Shown piece by piece: positions 58,071 to 64,000 of a stretch of DNA of 64,000 bases. The DNA is from the human T2T-CHM13v2.0 reference genome, Homo sapiens: the NCBI RefSeq assembly GCF_009914755.1, contig NC_060925.1, one strand, 5' to 3'. How positions within the stretch are numbered: position 1 is the first letter of the stretch; each line of letters starts with the position of its first letter. A model generated the notes under the pieces. The model was not told the DNA's origin and ran no database searches. It saw only the letters and a list, made by a program, of their open reading frames with translations. The position numbers and the translations under genes are program-made.

Positions 58071-59099
58071 CAGAAGGTACTCCAGATAGATGGAGATTTC
58101 TTTGGTTCTTCTTATTTTTTCCAGCCTACATCTTTTGAATACTTGAGAATTCACTCAGTAGCTTTCTCATACATAAGGGAATGATAGTCTTGGTAATTGC
58201 ACTTACCATGAATTGCCCTAAGTGGAAATTACCTTGGGCTGGTGTTCAGCTATGCTCTGAACCTCAGGTATGCATTGATTATGCTAGTTAAGATTATCCA
58301 AATAATCCTTGCTTTTCTGTAAGATGCCCCCCACCACCTTTTTAGAGATGATTATTCTTTACAGTTAACTAGTTGTGAGGTAACATGAGTTACCTCCCCT
58401 GAACTCAACACAGAAGCTGTGACAGAGCACGAAGAAGGTTGTTGACTCTGAGAGAAGGACAAAGAATTGTGACAAGTCCCTGAAGAGAGAGAAATTTGAT
58501 GAGCCCCTTTATTGGAAATCAGTGGGGTGCTCAGAGCAGAAGAAGGCCATGTGCCTAGGACAGCAGTAGGCAATGGATAACTTTTCAGTTGTGCCATTTC
58601 TTTTCCTCCTCCCCATTGTTCTGAGTAGGTCATGACCTGAAGTGTCAAGAAAGAAAAATGGTAGCACTAGCCCAGCAACTGGTGGGAGTAAGGGAGTAAC
58701 ATCAGGCTTCTACTTGAGTCAGGTTGGGGATGGGAGCAGATGAAAGCCAGAGGTCTTCATCCCGGCCCACATCTACCCATACCACAAGGGCTAGGCCATA
58801 AGAAAGACCAGGATGGGGGTTCTCTAGGAAGCATAGTTCTCTGGTGCAGGAAACCCCAGTGGGAAGTGGTCAAACCTAGATTTTAATGCCAGGCACTCTC
58901 CACTAGAAGGCACATCTCCCGTTTTATACTCCCTAAGGTCACGCAAAGGAGAATAAGGGCCTGGGCTTTCGTGCCCCACTTTCAGGTACATAACACTGAT
59001 CAGTGTTCTCTAGGGGGTCTGTTTCCTAGAGGAACCTGCATACTAGAAGGAAAGAAATACCAGGGGAGTAAAACTACTGTTACAGAAAGAAAACAAATG

Positions 59100-62000
59100 G
59101 AACAACCTTTACCAGGTTTAATGCAGGATTAGTGAAACCATAGAATAAGAATTTAAAATAAGCATACTGTCATCTAATAGGTTGATAGGAAATAAGTTGG
59201 AGATATGAAGCAGTAGCAAGAAGTTAGGAAGAACATAGTGCAAATATTGGGTATGAAATTGTAATTATTGAAAATAAGAATTAAATAAATTGATTAAATA
59301 GCAGAGTGAATATAGCCACAGAATGAATTAGTGAATTGGAAGATGAGGACAAGGAACTCTTTTGGAAGGCATTAAGAAGGATAAAAAGATAGAAACTATA
59401 AAGTGAATGTTAAGAGATTTGCAGGATTGGCATAGAGCTTTCTACATCGGTGTATCAGTCAGGGTCCCTGCAGGCAAGAGAGAACGAACACATTAAGCTG
59501 GAATTTTAAAGAGACCTTAATGAAAGCACTATTTAAATAATAGAATTTAAGGTGGAGGACATGGTATACTGGTAAAAGGAACAACAAATCAAGAAGACAT
59601 AATTATAAAAGACAAAACTGACAAACTATGGAGAAAAAATGGATAAATTAAAAATTATAGTTGGAGATATTGTTGTATTGCTTTCGAGAACTAATTGAGC
59701 AAACAAAAAGCAAATAATATCTGGTAGAAGTAATATAATTAATAGGCTTGAACTAACATATACACATACACATGTAAACAATATAACCTTACTCTCAACA
59801 GAGAGTATAAATTATTTTCTAGCACAGGTAGAACATTTAAAAACTTTACTACCTACCAAGCACAAAGAAGTCTCAGTAAAGGTAATCAGCACTATTTAGA
59901 CAATGTTCTCCGACCAAAGGGCAAAAAAAATAAGATATCATTTTTTGAATAAAAATATCACAGAGAAAAGTTGTAAGGGAAATTGGGAAGTACATAGAAG
60001 GGAAAGACAATGAAAAGACTATGTAGTATCTTCACGTAGCCAAAATAGAGCTTAGAAATAAATGTATAGCTCTGATAGAACGTATGAGAATATAATCAAA
60101 TAAACTAATTTTCAATTTAGAAAGCTGGAAAAAGATAAATTGAATACACTAAGAAAAAGTAACCAGAAGGAAGGAAAAAGAAACAAAACAAAAGAAAACC
60201 AAGACAAAATAATAAACTATAGAATTACTTCAAATTAGAGAAGACTAGTAAGTTGAAAAGCTCATTGTCTGAAAATTTTAAGATAGGCAGTAACAGCTAA
60301 CACCTATATAGTGCTTACTACATTGTTACACTTGTGTAGTACTTGTATATTACTCTAAACTCTTTACATCTACTACTGCATTTTATCCTCATGACAACCC
60401 TATGAGGTAGGTACTATTATCTCCATTTTACAGATGAGGAAATAAAGCAGAAGAGGCATATTAAATTTTGCAAAATAGAGAGTGTAAAGGAAACAGTTGC
60501 ATGTACAAAGATATTATGAAACTTTTGAAGACTATCATGACCGAATGTTGACCAAAATGTTGAAAACAAGAAAGAAATGAATAAATTTCTGCAATAATAT
60601 AAAATGTCAAACTTGTTTAAAGAATAAAGAAAATTTGAATAAGTCAAAGACCAATAAGGAGTCTGATGTTATAAAGATATCCCTCCCCTCAAAAAGCCCC
60701 AGGCCTAGGTGGTTTTATAGGTGACTTCTATTCAGTTTTTCAAGAAAGAGGACACCTCTATCTTAAACAAGTTGTACAACAAAATAGAAAATTAAAGGCA
60801 ACTGCCCAAAATATTTTTAAAAATTAAGATGAAATTTACATAACATAAAATTAAACATTTTAAAGTGCTCAATTTATTTTATAGAGTTAAATTGTCAATG
60901 ACTTCAAAACTGGATCAAAATAGTATGGGGGAGAAAGAAAATTAGTGATGCATTTTACTTATGAGCCCATTTATAAACTATGAAAAGATGCTAAATGGAA
61001 ATATAAACTAACAAAACTCTGATGTTATACTATGAAATGATACATTACAATCAAGTAGGGTTTATCTATTGAATGCAAAGATTGTTTAGTATCTGAAAAT
61101 TTGTCAGAGTAATTCACCACATTAACAGACTAAAGGAGAAAAATTATGTGATGATTTTAATCCATATGAAAAATTTTGATGTAGTTTAGCATATATATCT
61201 TGAAAAACAAACCCAGAAAACTGGCCATAGAAAGGGCATAATACAATATAGACCACATTCAATAATCTTCAAGAAATACAATACTTAACAATGACGAATT
61301 CCTTTTGAAATTCAGGAAAATTTGAGGATGTCCTTTATCTTTAATTTAATAATGATTCAACATTGTACTGGGGATTCTAGCCAGTATAATAAGAAAAATA
61401 AATAAGATATAGAAATTGGAAGGGAAGAGACATAACAGTCATAACTTACAGATGATATAATTATCAACATGGAAAATCTAGCAGAGTTTAGCAGTCAATT
61501 AGAGCTTAAATGAGAATTCAACAGTGTTATTTGATACAAGATAAACTTACATACATCGATAGTGCACTTTCTATACCAACAATAACCCACTAGAGTATGA
61601 TGAAAAAGAAGATATTATTTACAATATTAACAAAAAACAATTAAGTATCTAGGAATTACCTAGTGAAGAACACATAGGACTTTTAAAGAGAAAAGTTTTA
61701 AACTTTTTTAAGGGGCACAAAAAGATCAGAATAAATAAAGTTCATGGATGTCATTACTTATAAAAATATCAACTTCTTTCTATATTTATCTATACATTAT
61801 ACAATATTAATAAAAATTCTAGTAGGATTTTTTTCAAGAACTCAAGGTTTAAAAAATTTACCTGGAATGAATATTCATGAAGAGTTATTTTTTTGAAAAG
61901 GAATAATAAGGAGAAGAAACATGTGCAATGTAGAACACACATAAGAACAAATGGAAAAAAAGAAACAAAATTAATATTGCAGACAGAGCCATGGATACAT

Positions 62001-62200
62001 GGTGGTGTCATAAATTGGATGGAAAATGATAGATTGTTCACTACAGTGTGTTTGGAACATTATATAGCATTGGTTTACTCTTTCACCAACTGTATCTCCA
62101 ATACTGTTGGATCTTTATTTTACATTATGTACACAGTTGAACCAAAGATAGATTAAAGACCTAAAGGTGAATGTGGAACAACATATCAAATAGAATTTAT
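59100..62200 (+). mobile_element. Ancient L1M (degraded ORF1/ORF2), with a MIR at ~60290-60440
   Basis: Remnant ORF2 motifs (ccccaggcctaggtggtttt; attcaccacattaacagactaaagg; ttcaacattgtactgggattctagcc). Confidence 0.75.
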
Positions 62201-62455
62201 TATGAATATTGGTAACAAATGATAGTGGTATTTATAGTACCTGTGAATTTCATTAGTAGAAATTATAGACATTTTCATGCCACATTAAATTGTTGAAGGT
62301 ATGTCATTAATACTTTGAGATTATGGTAATTATTAGATCTACTGACTTGTCTTCTCATTGAATGCTTTGATAAAGTAGTACATGTATTGTTATGTCGCAA
62401 ATAAAAATATTTTGATAACAGTCTTTCAATAAATTGGTTTTCTTTGTAATTCCAA

Positions 62456-64000
<1,545 letters not shown>

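Overview
Primate (almost certainly human) genomic DNA. The window holds the complete ZNF326 (ZIRD, DBIRD complex) gene on the + strand. It has a CpG-island promoter at ~90-925 and 12 coding exons from ATG 480 to TAA 32926, all GT-AG introns with consistent phases, giving 582 aa: a G/S/Y-rich low-complexity N-terminus, RG repeats, a bipartite NLS, two AKAP95-type C2H2 fingers and an acidic tail. The rest is 3' UTR and intergenic DNA dense in interspersed repeats (Alu, L1, L2, MIR, MER20, MER5, MER6, MER75 with a nested THE1 LTR), ending in the 3' part of a primate L1PA on the - strand. The most unusual structure not explained by a standard feature is a 288-bp, gap-free, ~98% identical inverted duplication (41419-41706 / 42789-43076). 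It copies an LTR/L1 junction into an old DNA transposon about 1.1 kb away. Several splice/polyadenylation features in ZNF326 introns 3 and 5 could truncate the protein before its NLS and zinc fingers. I see no evidence for a wholly new gene or system. Repeat family names come from recognition of consensus motifs by eye, and repeat boundaries are approximate.
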